From a virus (taxonomy: Duplodnaviria > Caudoviricetes), in the IMG/VR virus record IMGVR_UViG_3300017763_003980: 64,000 nucleotides of DNA; one strand, written 5' to 3'. The position numbers were made by a program, and so were the translations under genes. This document shows positions 18,112 to 27,138 of the stretch, piece after piece. Below the pieces are notes generated by a model. The model was given only the letters and a program-made list of their open reading frames with translations. It was not told the DNA's origin and made no database searches. Positions within the stretch are counted from its first letter, which is position 1, and every line of letters begins with the position of its first letter.

Positions 18112-19104
18112 TTATGATTGTCTTGATCGAATCATTGCAAGAATGTCAGCAGCCTTATCGCCGCCTTCTCCTGCAGGTGCTGTCGCTGGCGCCGCTTCTG
18201 CTACTGGAGCAGGTGTTGGCTCTGCTACTGGAGCAGGTGCTTCTGCTACTGGAGCACTTTGGCTAGTAGCAGTTGCATTAGGTGATGCCGCTTTAGTTGG
18301 ATCACCAGTTCTAGCTTGCATTCCGCTTGGACGGAAGTAGTTGCTCCAACGATCAGGATCGTATGCTTCACCATCTACTGATGCTTCAAACATTTCTTTC
18401 ATGACCTTAATAGCCGTTTCGTCAGGCTTTTTAGGAAGGAAGTCTGTAAAATTAAACAGACCATTTGTGTTAACTGCATTCATTTCAGCATCACTTAACG
18501 GACGTTCTCTTCGAGCCCAGTTAGATGTTGAATAGTCTGCATATCCGCCTTTACTTGTTTTGTTAAGACGGAAGTCTACACCAGCAGTATAATCTGTTGG
18601 CAATTCTTCCATATCTGGATCCATAAGAGCCGCTTTAATAATTTGGAAAATTTGTGGACCAATAATAAAGCGTCTAATTGGATTTTCTGGAGTCTTATCG
18701 TCACCAAGTGGATTCTCAGTAACAAAGCCTTGGAAGATATAAGAACGCTTCTTCCAATACTTACGACCCATATCTTCAAGACTCGGATCTTTAAACCAAC
18801 CACGTACTTCGTTTAAGATATCACAAGTTTCACCATACATTTCCATGCATGGTACTTGTACTTGTACAGGACGTGAATCAGTTTCACCTTTAACTCCTGC
18901 GAACGGAAGTTTGATCATCAAACGTTCTGCCCAGAAAAAAGTGTTATCCTCGTTGCCATCAGGAAGGAATCTGAAAGTTGTACTTTCACCTTCTTTAATA
19001 TTCCAAAATGGGTAAATTGCGTTGTCGCCGCCGCTGTTAGAGTTACCGCTTGAGCGTGACTCTTGTTCTTTTAATTTAGCTCGAATTTCTGCTAATGATG
19101 CCAT
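18112..19104 (-). CDS. gp32: Single-stranded DNA-binding protein, gp32 family
   Basis: FRFLP, CDILNE, YWKKRSY, GVDFRL and YADYSTS; Pro/Ala linker; adjacent to uvsX. Confidence 0.9.
   Translation of the reverse strand: MASLAEIRAKLKEQESRSSGNSNSGGDNAIYPFWNIKEGESTTFRFLPDGNEDNTFFWAERLMIKLPFAGVKGETDSRPVQVQVPCMEMYGETCDILNEVRGWFKDPSLEDMGRKYWKKRSYIFQGFVTENPLGDDKTPENPIRRFIIGPQIFQIIKAALMDPDMEELPTDYTAGVDFRLNKTSKGGYADYSTSNWARRERPLSDAEMNAVNTNGLFNFTDFLPKKPDETAIKVMKEMFEASVDGEAYDPDRWSNYFRPSGMQARTGDPTKAASPNATATSQSAPVAEAPAPVAEPTPAPVAEAAPATAPAGEGGDKAADILAMIRSRQS
18197..18256 (+). repeat. Three copies of tctgctactggagca (coding APVAE linker in gp32)
   Basis: Copies at 18197, 18221 and 18242. Confidence 0.85.
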
Positions 19105-19170
19105 AGTTTTGCCTCCTATATGTGCCTATGATTAATTTAGTAGTGCCTAATTGTGCAATACATACTATGT

Positions 19171-19199
19171 ATTATACACTCTTATATTTAGCTTGTCAA
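19171..19199 (-). promoter_or_regulatory. Consensus sigma70 promoter for gp32-uvsX-uvsY
   Basis: TTGACA at 19199-19194, a 17-nt spacer, TATAAT at 19176-19171. Confidence 0.9.
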
Positions 19200-19212
19200 A
19201 CGGTTTTTTTGA

Positions 19213-20022
19213 TTATTTTTGGATGTAATTTTCTAGTACTGTAACATGAGCTTGCCAGGATAATGCAGTCAATATTCTAAAACTTACAGCCCATCTATCA
19301 TTATTACCTATATCAACAGTGTGGGGAACATCAGTACGTACTAGTGTAGCTTCTTGGCCTATATTGCATCGATCAAGTTCTTTTAGTCCTGCAATAGGCC
19401 AATCTTTGCTTTGATTATTAACAGTTGTATTAACCTTGCCTGTGTGTTTGTAGGTTGGTGTTTCGTACCAAACCATTTCTGCATCATCAGGATCTAAAGT
19501 CCAATTAATTGCTCCACCATGTAGTGTGCCCGTACTACTTACATCAACATGTGCTACTGAGTGTTGTGCATTTTTGTTTTTATAAAATAGTTGTACATGC
19601 CCAGGAAAAATATTAAAATCATGTTCTAAATATGTTAACCATTCTTTACTAAACAGTTTACTAGCATCTAGTGTCCATACTCCTCCTGTGTCAGCATTAT
19701 ATGATGCATGTTCTCCAGGTCTATAAGGATCTGATAATATATAGTCTTTTAGATCTACAATAAGTGGTGCTATGTCAATGTTTAGTTTGTGCCAGTAATT
19801 ATTAGCATTTGGAAGATTATCTAAATCTCTATCTTTGTGTAGGTCTATTAGTGTTTGTATAAACTTACGTTCTATTGTAATATCTATATCAAAATGTTTA
19901 TTAATTGTGTGTGATATTTCTTTTGCACTATAACCGTATTCATATAGATTTTTGATTACATAAGGATCTGATAGACTGTATCCTTGATCCACTAGTCTAT
20001 AGATATCTGTTTGACAATCCAA
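19213..20022 (-). CDS. Protein with a C-terminal DSBH Fe(II)/2OG oxygenase-like domain
   Basis: VAHVD ... AINW ... TLVRTDVPHTV ... RWAVSFR, the same family pattern as 2562..3814; extra N-terminal helical part. Confidence 0.55.
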   Translation of the reverse strand: MDCQTDIYRLVDQGYSLSDPYVIKNLYEYGYSAKEISHTINKHFDIDITIERKFIQTLIDLHKDRDLDNLPNANNYWHKLNIDIAPLIVDLKDYILSDPYRPGEHASYNADTGGVWTLDASKLFSKEWLTYLEHDFNIFPGHVQLFYKNKNAQHSVAHVDVSSTGTLHGGAINWTLDPDDAEMVWYETPTYKHTGKVNTTVNNQSKDWPIAGLKELDRCNIGQEATLVRTDVPHTVDIGNNDRWAVSFRILTALSWQAHVTVLENYIQK

Positions 20023-20023
20023 T

Positions 20024-22384
20024 TTATCTGACGCCGGCTAATTCCCGCATTCTATCGTATTCAGCATCTGTTTCCATTTGCTGGGGGTTTGCTTGCATTT
20101 GCCATTCTTCAAATTTTGCTTGAATTTGTTCTATAAATGCCTTAGCAGGTTCTATGAACTGCTCACCGTAGTCCTTCTCTATCATTGTAAGGACTGCTGT
20201 TTCGCCTTTTGGAAATTCGCCTGTTTCTTTATCAAAGTAACTAAGTATGAATTCGCCTATTGGTGTCTTTTGTTTCTTTTCAGCCTCGCCGTCGTCTTTA
20301 CTTATTGCACCATCTTTATCAATTTTGACATCCATAGTGTCATCTTCTTTTGTTCTATCAAAATCTGTTGTGTATAGATATTCTATTACAGGATATAGTG
20401 TGTTTACAATTTGATTGCCAAAGCGAGCATTTAGTCCTGATCCTGTCTCTGTTTCTAGTTTCTTTGCTTCGCCACGTAGTTTCATCATTGCTTCAATTGC
20501 TTGTTTAGCATTTTTATCTAGTCCGCTAAACCCATTTGTTCTTGCTTCAATAAACGAATACACATCCCATGTATCACCTACATATTGATTTGCTAAGTTG
20601 CCTTGATCGTCATCTTGGCCGCGTTCAATCTTTTTACCCATGCCACGTAGTGCGCCTAGTACTTCAACAGCATCTTGACTTGTATTAATGTATGCTTCTT
20701 CAAGATCGTTCTCTTCTATAGAGGCAGTTTGCATTTCGTCATCGTCTTTACTTTTGAGCATGTCAATTACTTTTTTGCCACCGTATAATAATGCAACTAC
20801 TGCTAGTGCAGGTAGTGCGTATTTTGCTGCCATTGCTGCAACTTGTTTGACAGCGCCGCCTCCTAAAAATGCTGAAATCTCACCTTGAATTGCTTCAATT
20901 CCACCTTCAGCTTTTGCAAGTATATCTGCTGCTGAAGTTGCAAGATCGTCTGCCATGTCGCCTACTGCATCGATAGCATCGCCTGCTTTTTTGCCAACAT
21001 ATGCTCCGCCGCCGATGACTCCTGTAGCAACTGGACGTTTAGCTGCGCCTGCAATAATTCTTGCACCTATTTGTGCAAGCTTTGGTGCTGCTATTCTTGC
21101 CGCAGTTATTAATGCAGGAATAGCTAATGCTGGAAGAAATTCGTCTGTACGTTGTTCTGTTTCCATATTCTTTTGTACGTTTTCCCAGTCATTACCTGCA
21201 GACTTGCCATACTTTGCAATAAATTCTTGTTTGCTCATTTCCTGTGCATCTTGGTGCATATCACTCATAGCGCCTTCACCAAACTGCCCCATCATTTCTT
21301 CAAAGCCATCTTCAAGTGCAATTTCTTCTTTTGTTTTCTTTTTCTTTTTATGGTTTCCGCCACAACCCATTTCACTTACAGTATCTTCTTGGACTAGATC
21401 TTCTGGACCCAGCTCTTTAGCTTTAGTTATTTCACTTACTAGCTTAAACACATAAGGGAATATATCTTTGAGCTCTTCGTTAAACTGTTTAATAGTAAGT
21501 TGATCAATCCAATTCTCAGCTACGTCAGTAGGAACATCTTCCATTACGGCCGGTGCAAAGGATTCAAATGCTTCTGCGTAGTAGTCTTTCTTTTGTAGAT
21601 TTTGTAGTGTCTTTTTAACCGTAACAATACGATCGTTTACAGCGTCAGTATACTCAGATAAACTTTCTGCCATCACAGCTGAACGACCCATATATCTTTT
21701 GAACTTACTTAATTTTGCTTGCTCTTCGGATAGGCTAACAATATGCTTACCAAAATCATCATATGCATTTCCGCCTTCAGCTACGTGGCGGGCCATTGCT
21801 CTTGCACCATTTAGATGTTTGTATGGATACTTGAAACGTTCACCTTCTGAACTTTCAATGTATATAGTGCCGACGTTTCTAGTACGTTCTGTTGCTTGCT
21901 CTTGATTAACACTTTCTGTATGTTTAATCACTAGCCGTGCATTGCCTACATCTTGGTAACTAATTCTACTAGTTCCATAGAGTTTTGATTCTGCCATTGT
22001 ATTGTCTCCGGTCCGCTTGGATAAAAATTTATAATCTCTTTTTGTTAGATTTGATTTTGTTATGTCTCTAATTGAAAATTCTAGCATACGCTTTTTTGCG
22101 AATAATCTTAACTCCTTTAAAAAGCCATACCAATTATCTTTTGTTAATGAATCTTCATTGGATATAAAATCTTTAGAAAATATAACAGTCATGCCTTCGT
22201 CTTGGGTTATATTTACACTTACATTTCCTAAAACTTTATCAGATTCTTTGTATTCAAAATCAAAAAAACGTGCTTGCGAAGGCTCGTTAATGACTTCTCC
22301 TGCTTCGTTGCCAATAGTAATACTTGGAAAACGTCCACGTATTTTATTAAAAAGATCTTCGCCTATTTTATCAAGTTCTTGCAT
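20024..22384 (-). CDS. Large modular protein, probable head-internal virion protein
   Basis: 786 aa behind a late box. The central part is a series of modules bounded by Glu-ending motifs, and the protein ends MRELAGVR. Confidence 0.5.
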   Translation of the reverse strand: MQELDKIGEDLFNKIRGRFPSITIGNEAGEVINEPSQARFFDFEYKESDKVLGNVSVNITQDEGMTVIFSKDFISNEDSLTKDNWYGFLKELRLFAKKRMLEFSIRDITKSNLTKRDYKFLSKRTGDNTMAESKLYGTSRISYQDVGNARLVIKHTESVNQEQATERTRNVGTIYIESSEGERFKYPYKHLNGARAMARHVAEGGNAYDDFGKHIVSLSEEQAKLSKFKRYMGRSAVMAESLSEYTDAVNDRIVTVKKTLQNLQKKDYYAEAFESFAPAVMEDVPTDVAENWIDQLTIKQFNEELKDIFPYVFKLVSEITKAKELGPEDLVQEDTVSEMGCGGNHKKKKKTKEEIALEDGFEEMMGQFGEGAMSDMHQDAQEMSKQEFIAKYGKSAGNDWENVQKNMETEQRTDEFLPALAIPALITAARIAAPKLAQIGARIIAGAAKRPVATGVIGGGAYVGKKAGDAIDAVGDMADDLATSAADILAKAEGGIEAIQGEISAFLGGGAVKQVAAMAAKYALPALAVVALLYGGKKVIDMLKSKDDDEMQTASIEENDLEEAYINTSQDAVEVLGALRGMGKKIERGQDDDQGNLANQYVGDTWDVYSFIEARTNGFSGLDKNAKQAIEAMMKLRGEAKKLETETGSGLNARFGNQIVNTLYPVIEYLYTTDFDRTKEDDTMDVKIDKDGAISKDDGEAEKKQKTPIGEFILSYFDKETGEFPKGETAVLTMIEKDYGEQFIEPAKAFIEQIQAKFEEWQMQANPQQMETDAEYDRMRELAGVR

Positions 22385-22388
22385 ATTG

Positions 22389-22396
22389 TATTTATC
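22389..22396 (-). promoter_or_regulatory. Late promoter GATAAATA, 4 nt upstream of ATG
   Basis: GATAAATA-CAAT-ATG (22384); no SD. Confidence 0.65.
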
Positions 22397-22403
22397 AACT
22401 CTG

Positions 22404-23984
22404 TTAATAGTTTGTACTAATGAAGATAGGCATGGGTGCTTCGTAATCTGCTATTTCTTCGGCTTGCGTAAAGGTATTATATATGCGTGGATCCCAATCT
22501 TTAAGCACAGCCATCATTCTAATAGCAAGTAGTGCGGCACTGATTAAATCATCTGTTTGCCCTAGTTTGGCTTGATAACTAGAGCCAGTTGCAACATAGT
22601 TTTTTAGTTCTGATATAAATGGTTTGCTGTGTATAATCATTTTATCATTTTCTATCATAGTTTTTAATCTACTACAAGCTGTTATTTTTGTACCGTGTGT
22701 AGTATTAAATCCTTTGCGGAACTTGCGTACATGTCCTTTACGCATGGGCTCACTTACAAATAGTCCTGGTATATTTTCTTCACCAAAATCGTTAATTACT
22801 ATTAATGCTGCTTCGCCGATGCCGTTGTTTTCAACACTCCAATAAAGGCCATTTTCATTGCCTGTTTCTTTTGTTATGTAACTGCATATATCAGACAATA
22901 CTCTTATTTGTCCAGGTATAGCTGTAGTATTGTGTTGCCATTCGGCTACTTGTTCATAGCTAGGTAATTCAAATACTTGTATAGCCGCATTGTCGCCACC
23001 TGTGCCCATACTAGGATCAAGTGCTACTGCATATGTAAATTCTGGAGTTGGCTTTTTGTACCAACGGGTTTGTCCCATATTTACTAAAGGACTATCGCCT
23101 TCCATTTCCGTAAGTATTAATGAACTAATAAGTGTTTCATCGAATACTAAGAATTCACAGTCATATTCTCGTCTAAATCTTTCTTCACCAATGCGTCCAA
23201 GTTCTTCTTCTTTCCACGCATCATCTCTGTCTGGATGTTCTTGCCAATAGCTTCTAAAACTATGAAATCCATTAACTCCAACTTCTTGTTCGTTACCATT
23301 TGCGTCGAATTTATCCTCTGCAAGTTTCCATATAGTAGCAAATGTATCTTCGTCTGAGTTTGGTGTACTTGTAAGAATAGCACGACCACCTGTTGCTAGT
23401 GTAGGTGATATTGATGTCCAAAAGTCTGTGGCAACATTAGGTTGTACAAATGCAAACTCGTCACAGTATAGTAATGAAATACTCATACCACGTCCTGTAT
23501 TGCCTGTTGTTGTAGCACTAACAATACGCGAACCGTTTTCAAATTCTATTGAGCCTTTATTATAGTTTGTTACTCCTGCACGTACATGATCTGCACACAA
23601 TTCATATCCATAGCGTATACGTTGCATAATTTCTTGTGCGCCTGTATACTTGTGAGCCGCAATAAGAATAGTTTGATCAGGTGTAAACATTGCATACCAT
23701 AATAGATATATTGCAGCACAAGTAGTTTTGCCTGTTTGCCTTGGCAACATGTTAATATTAAATCTATGGTCGTGATAACTTTTAAGTAGCCTGTCTTGAT
23801 ATTCAAAAGGCTCAAACAACAGTTTACCTTTTACAGGATGTTGTATGTATGCAAAATTACGTGCAAAGTAATCATATCCATCTTTAGGATCCATGCACTT
23901 CATAAGATCTTCTACTTGTTCATTAGTAAAGGTTTCTTTTTTGTTTGCTTTTTTGGTTAATACACCATCTAAACTTTTGCTCAT
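22404..23984 (-). CDS. gp17: Terminase large subunit (T4 gp17-like)
   Basis: LPRQTGKTT, GRGMSISLLYCDEFAF, STPN, RFRREYDCEF, ALDPSMG and DDLISA. Confidence 0.95.
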   Translation of the reverse strand: MSKSLDGVLTKKANKKETFTNEQVEDLMKCMDPKDGYDYFARNFAYIQHPVKGKLLFEPFEYQDRLLKSYHDHRFNINMLPRQTGKTTCAAIYLLWYAMFTPDQTILIAAHKYTGAQEIMQRIRYGYELCADHVRAGVTNYNKGSIEFENGSRIVSATTTGNTGRGMSISLLYCDEFAFVQPNVATDFWTSISPTLATGGRAILTSTPNSDEDTFATIWKLAEDKFDANGNEQEVGVNGFHSFRSYWQEHPDRDDAWKEEELGRIGEERFRREYDCEFLVFDETLISSLILTEMEGDSPLVNMGQTRWYKKPTPEFTYAVALDPSMGTGGDNAAIQVFELPSYEQVAEWQHNTTAIPGQIRVLSDICSYITKETGNENGLYWSVENNGIGEAALIVINDFGEENIPGLFVSEPMRKGHVRKFRKGFNTTHGTKITACSRLKTMIENDKMIIHSKPFISELKNYVATGSSYQAKLGQTDDLISAALLAIRMMAVLKDWDPRIYNTFTQAEEIADYEAPMPIFISTNY

Positions 23985-24001
23985 GCTATTTCCTTATACT
24001 A

Positions 24002-24793
24002 CTACTTATCTAACAAAAATGGATGATTTACTAAAGCTTCCTCTAAATATTGAGGTATCTTTTTACTTGAAAAATTAATTTTTTCCACAAATCCGTTAAT
24101 TTGATCTTCTAGTATTTTATAGTATTCTTCCTGCCAATTACTAGATTCTAAGTACTGTTTTTTTATGTCAAAGTTATTATTGTAATTTAAATTGAAAATA
24201 ATTTCTTGATCAAAATAGTCATTAAGCTTTTCATATGTTTTGTTTTTTTGTATCATATCTTCGAAATATATTTTGTCAATACACGAAATTGAATTTTCTA
24301 AGTCGTATGTTATTTTTACAATCTGATGTAAAAAAAACATTAACCTTGGAATAAAAGCTCTAATATTACTAAAATCATGTGCTAAATCTTTACTTGAATT
24401 TGCATAAATGTCTATACTATTTCCATTATTATTTGCAGCATATATTGCAGCAATTTTACTAAAAAGTGCTTGCCAAATATTTTTTCTGATAATAATTATC
24501 GGGCGGTATCCGTGATCTTTTACTAGATAAACAGGATGCACCATATCGCCCGTAATTAACTTAAAGCCGTTATACTTACTAACATAATGTTTTTCTACTT
24601 CTGCTAATTTGGATTGCCAATCTAATTCTATTTTAGAACTAAATGTAGCAAAAGGCTCAAATAATTCAGTTTCATTGTCTTTTATTTCGGCGGAAATTTT
24701 TTTATAGATATAGATGTTATCATAACTATTAAGAGTTTTGGCTAGTGCCGTTGTACCTGTTCTTGGAGCGCCTAATATAAAAAATTTATTCAT
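24002..24793 (-). CDS. PAPS-dependent sulfotransferase (Stf0/NodH-like)
   Basis: 5'-PSB loop GAPRTGTT and 3'-PB-like IIIRKNIWQALFS; YFED motif. Confidence 0.75.
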   Translation of the reverse strand: MNKFFILGAPRTGTTALAKTLNSYDNIYIYKKISAEIKDNETELFEPFATFSSKIELDWQSKLAEVEKHYVSKYNGFKLITGDMVHPVYLVKDHGYRPIIIIRKNIWQALFSKIAAIYAANNNGNSIDIYANSSKDLAHDFSNIRAFIPRLMFFLHQIVKITYDLENSISCIDKIYFEDMIQKNKTYEKLNDYFDQEIIFNLNYNNNFDIKKQYLESSNWQEEYYKILEDQINGFVEKINFSSKKIPQYLEEALVNHPFLLDK

Positions 24794-24796
24794 GCA

Positions 24797-25225
24797 CTAT
24801 CTACCTTTTGCTAGTTGTGCAATTTTATTTTTAATTTCTTCTAATGACAAACTAGCGAAAGATTTAATTATATGAGTAAGACCTTCAGATCTAATACTAA
24901 GTTCGTCAGCTATTTCATATATTTCTGCTGTTATTCTCCAAGACCTAGAACGAAAAAACTGCCTAGAGTCATTATGTAAGTCTTCTTGCATGAATGCGTC
25001 GAAGCAATCTTTATCTCTAAATATAGTTGTAATCTCTAAAGTACATCCATTATTTTTTAAAATAAGTCTTCTATCTACAACTTTCCTTTCACGCATGTAC
25101 TGTCTAGCAAGGCCTCTAATTCCTGTGCCTCCAGATTCCTCAAATTCAGATCCCCTATACCAAAAATCTTGAATAGACTTAGCATTTTTACCTTCTTCAG
25201 TAAATTCTTGTTTATAAACTATCAT
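24797..25225 (-). CDS. Hypothetical protein (142 aa)
   Basis: Own TAAATA box 5 nt upstream of the ATG; co-oriented with the sulfotransferase. Confidence 0.7.
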   Translation of the reverse strand: MIVYKQEFTEEGKNAKSIQDFWYRGSEFEESGGTGIRGLARQYMRERKVVDRRLILKNNGCTLEITTIFRDKDCFDAFMQEDLHNDSRQFFRSRSWRITAEIYEIADELSIRSEGLTHIIKSFASLSLEEIKNKIAQLAKGR

Positions 25226-25239
25226 GTGTGTATTTAATC

Positions 25240-25266
25240 AAAAAAATAGCGTCCGGAGACGCTATT
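25240..25266 (-). terminator. Rho-independent terminator
   Basis: AATAGCGTC-TCCG-GACGCTATT running into a T-run on the minus strand. Confidence 0.85.
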
Positions 25267-25287
25267 GAGTTTTATATCTGGGGGATA

Positions 25288-26550
25288 TTAGCCGCAGTGT
25301 GATGCGTATAGTTTTTCAAATTTTCCTTTACTACATCCATATTTTTCTGCTACTTTGTTGTACATTTCATGTTTAGCACAGCCACTAGCATTAAGTTTCA
25401 TCATTTCTTTTTTGCAGCCCATTTCGTCAAACTTTGCTGAGCCGTCACCTTTTTCTCCAGTTTTTTTGAATGGCGCTTCTGAAATAGATTCTTTCATTTC
25501 GTCTTTGCAATCTTTGCACATTTTTTTAAGTTTGTCTTGATCGCAATCTGGATACTTCTTACAAATTTCTGAAACACTCATTCCATCTTTGCAACATTTC
25601 ATTACTGCTGATTTTGATGGCATCTTAGCTTCTTCTTTTGCTTCGCCAACTTTTTTAGATTTTTTATCTTTTACTGCTTTTTTCATAGGCTCTTTTTTGT
25701 CGCCATCACCGTCAATATCAATATAATCTGGTTTTGCTTTCTTTTCACTGAGTGCTTTGTACAATGTTTCTTTAATATTTTCTAGTGCAGGGTTAACTGT
25801 TCTAATAGCTTTGCGAGGTTTCTTTGCATGTAAGTCGCTGCCGTCACGAATGTTATCTTCATAGTCCCCCATGTCACCACGGTCTGATGTTTCTTCACCT
25901 GGAGCACTATTTGCCCACTCATCTGTTTTACCGTCTTTAGCTTCTTTGTCTTTAATAGCTTTTACTAATTTAGGAGGTAATTTTTCTTGAGCTTTTGTAA
26001 TCTCATCAACATCGTCCTCGTCAGTCATTTTATCGCCAATGGCTGCACCTGCTGCACTTGGTAATGCGGCACCAATGGCACCACCTGCTGCTCCGCCTAA
26101 ACCTGCGCCTGCAAGTTTACCAGCAACACCTTTGCCCAATGCACTAGCTATTCCACTACCTGCTTTGGCTCCTAAACTTGCGCCTGCGCCTGACAACGCA
26201 CCTGTTGCGCCTGTAGCTGCACCAAGTCCTGCACCTAGTGCGCCGCCTGCTAATGTGCCTAGTAGTCCTGCTTGTAGATCTTGGTCGCCGTCTACATCAT
26301 CTCTACCTGGAATGCTTGGGTCATCATCTACAGCTGATCTAAATTTCTCTATATCATGACGCATTGGCATTGGCATATCGGCCGCTACTGGTTTTCCCAT
26401 ACCAGCGTTGCCTTGCATAGCTGAAATCATGTCTGCTATTTCTGCGCCTGTTTCTGCGTTGACAGTCAAGGAAGCAGCTTCATTTAATTGCTCTTTAGTA
26501 GAGTTTTCAATGTCTGTCATTTGTTTAATTAAATCTTTCATATTGCTCAT
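25288..26550 (-). CDS. Modular, probable head-internal protein with a glycine zipper, a DxDxDG motif and Cys/Lys-rich C-terminal modules
   Basis: Start moved to 26550 (SD GGAGG). About 80-aa GxxxG-rich segment, DIDGDGDKKE, and many hydrophobic-x-E boundaries. Confidence 0.55.
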   Translation of the reverse strand: MSNMKDLIKQMTDIENSTKEQLNEAASLTVNAETGAEIADMISAMQGNAGMGKPVAADMPMPMRHDIEKFRSAVDDDPSIPGRDDVDGDQDLQAGLLGTLAGGALGAGLGAATGATGALSGAGASLGAKAGSGIASALGKGVAGKLAGAGLGGAAGGAIGAALPSAAGAAIGDKMTDEDDVDEITKAQEKLPPKLVKAIKDKEAKDGKTDEWANSAPGEETSDRGDMGDYEDNIRDGSDLHAKKPRKAIRTVNPALENIKETLYKALSEKKAKPDYIDIDGDGDKKEPMKKAVKDKKSKKVGEAKEEAKMPSKSAVMKCCKDGMSVSEICKKYPDCDQDKLKKMCKDCKDEMKESISEAPFKKTGEKGDGSAKFDEMGCKKEMMKLNASGCAKHEMYNKVAEKYGCSKGKFEKLYASHCG

Positions 26551-26554
26551 TTGT

Positions 26555-27118
26555 TTAGCCTCCCACGACTGCTTTAGTATTTTGTTTATGGCCTTCGATA
26601 TCTTTTGACTCACCTTGTGGTGCGCCTTCGTTGCCAGCGGCTGCATCACGCTCATTGCGAGCAGTTTCTAATTCTTTAAGTAAATCCATTGTTCTGTTAT
26701 CTGCTACTTCATTTTGTGCAGATTCACCACCCATATCTTCTTGTGTTAGCAATACATCATATGGAGCATCTGTAACTTCTTCTTGGTATGCTTCTCGAGG
26801 ATCTTCTGGATTGCGTACAATAATATGACTTTGTGGAACGCCACAGCAATTTCCTAAGTAGTTTTGTAATACCTGTGTAGTAGTAGGATATTCTACTTCC
26901 GCTTCGAAAAAAGTAACTTCTGTATTTTCTAATTGTGGGAAGTCCAACGGACGTTTTTGTATTGGTGTTGCCTTACCGGTGCTAAAACTTAGCACATTAA
27001 ATTTTTGTAATACAGATTCTAAACGATCTGCAATACCTTCAGGTAATTCACCGGCAATACCAATATTAAACGAATACGTTGTTTTTGATTCTTGTAATAT
27101 TTGTGCAAATGATTTCAT
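26555..27118 (-). CDS. Probable virion head protein with a capsid-targeting-like N-terminus
   Basis: MKSFAQILQE resembles the T4 internal-protein CTS MKTYQEFIAE; late box GATAAATA at 27147-27140. Confidence 0.5.
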   Translation of the reverse strand: MKSFAQILQESKTTYSFNIGIAGELPEGIADRLESVLQKFNVLSFSTGKATPIQKRPLDFPQLENTEVTFFEAEVEYPTTTQVLQNYLGNCCGVPQSHIIVRNPEDPREAYQEEVTDAPYDVLLTQEDMGGESAQNEVADNRTMDLLKELETARNERDAAAGNEGAPQGESKDIEGHKQNTKAVVGG

Positions 27119-27138
27119 CTTGATTCCTCTACTATAAA

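Noticed and set aside
20078-21905. Plus-strand ORFs overlapping the 786-aa gene (e.g. 20955..21455)
   Set aside because: These are antisense shadows of Ala/Gly-rich codons, with no SD, promoter or recognisable motif.
4336-23984. Inteins or introns in uvsW, uvsX or the terminase
   Set aside because: Lengths and motif spacing are normal, with no Cys/Ser...HN insert or frame break.
26039-26359. Plus-strand Pro/Ala-rich 106-aa ORF
   Set aside because: It is the reverse complement of the glycine zipper and so a shadow ORF.
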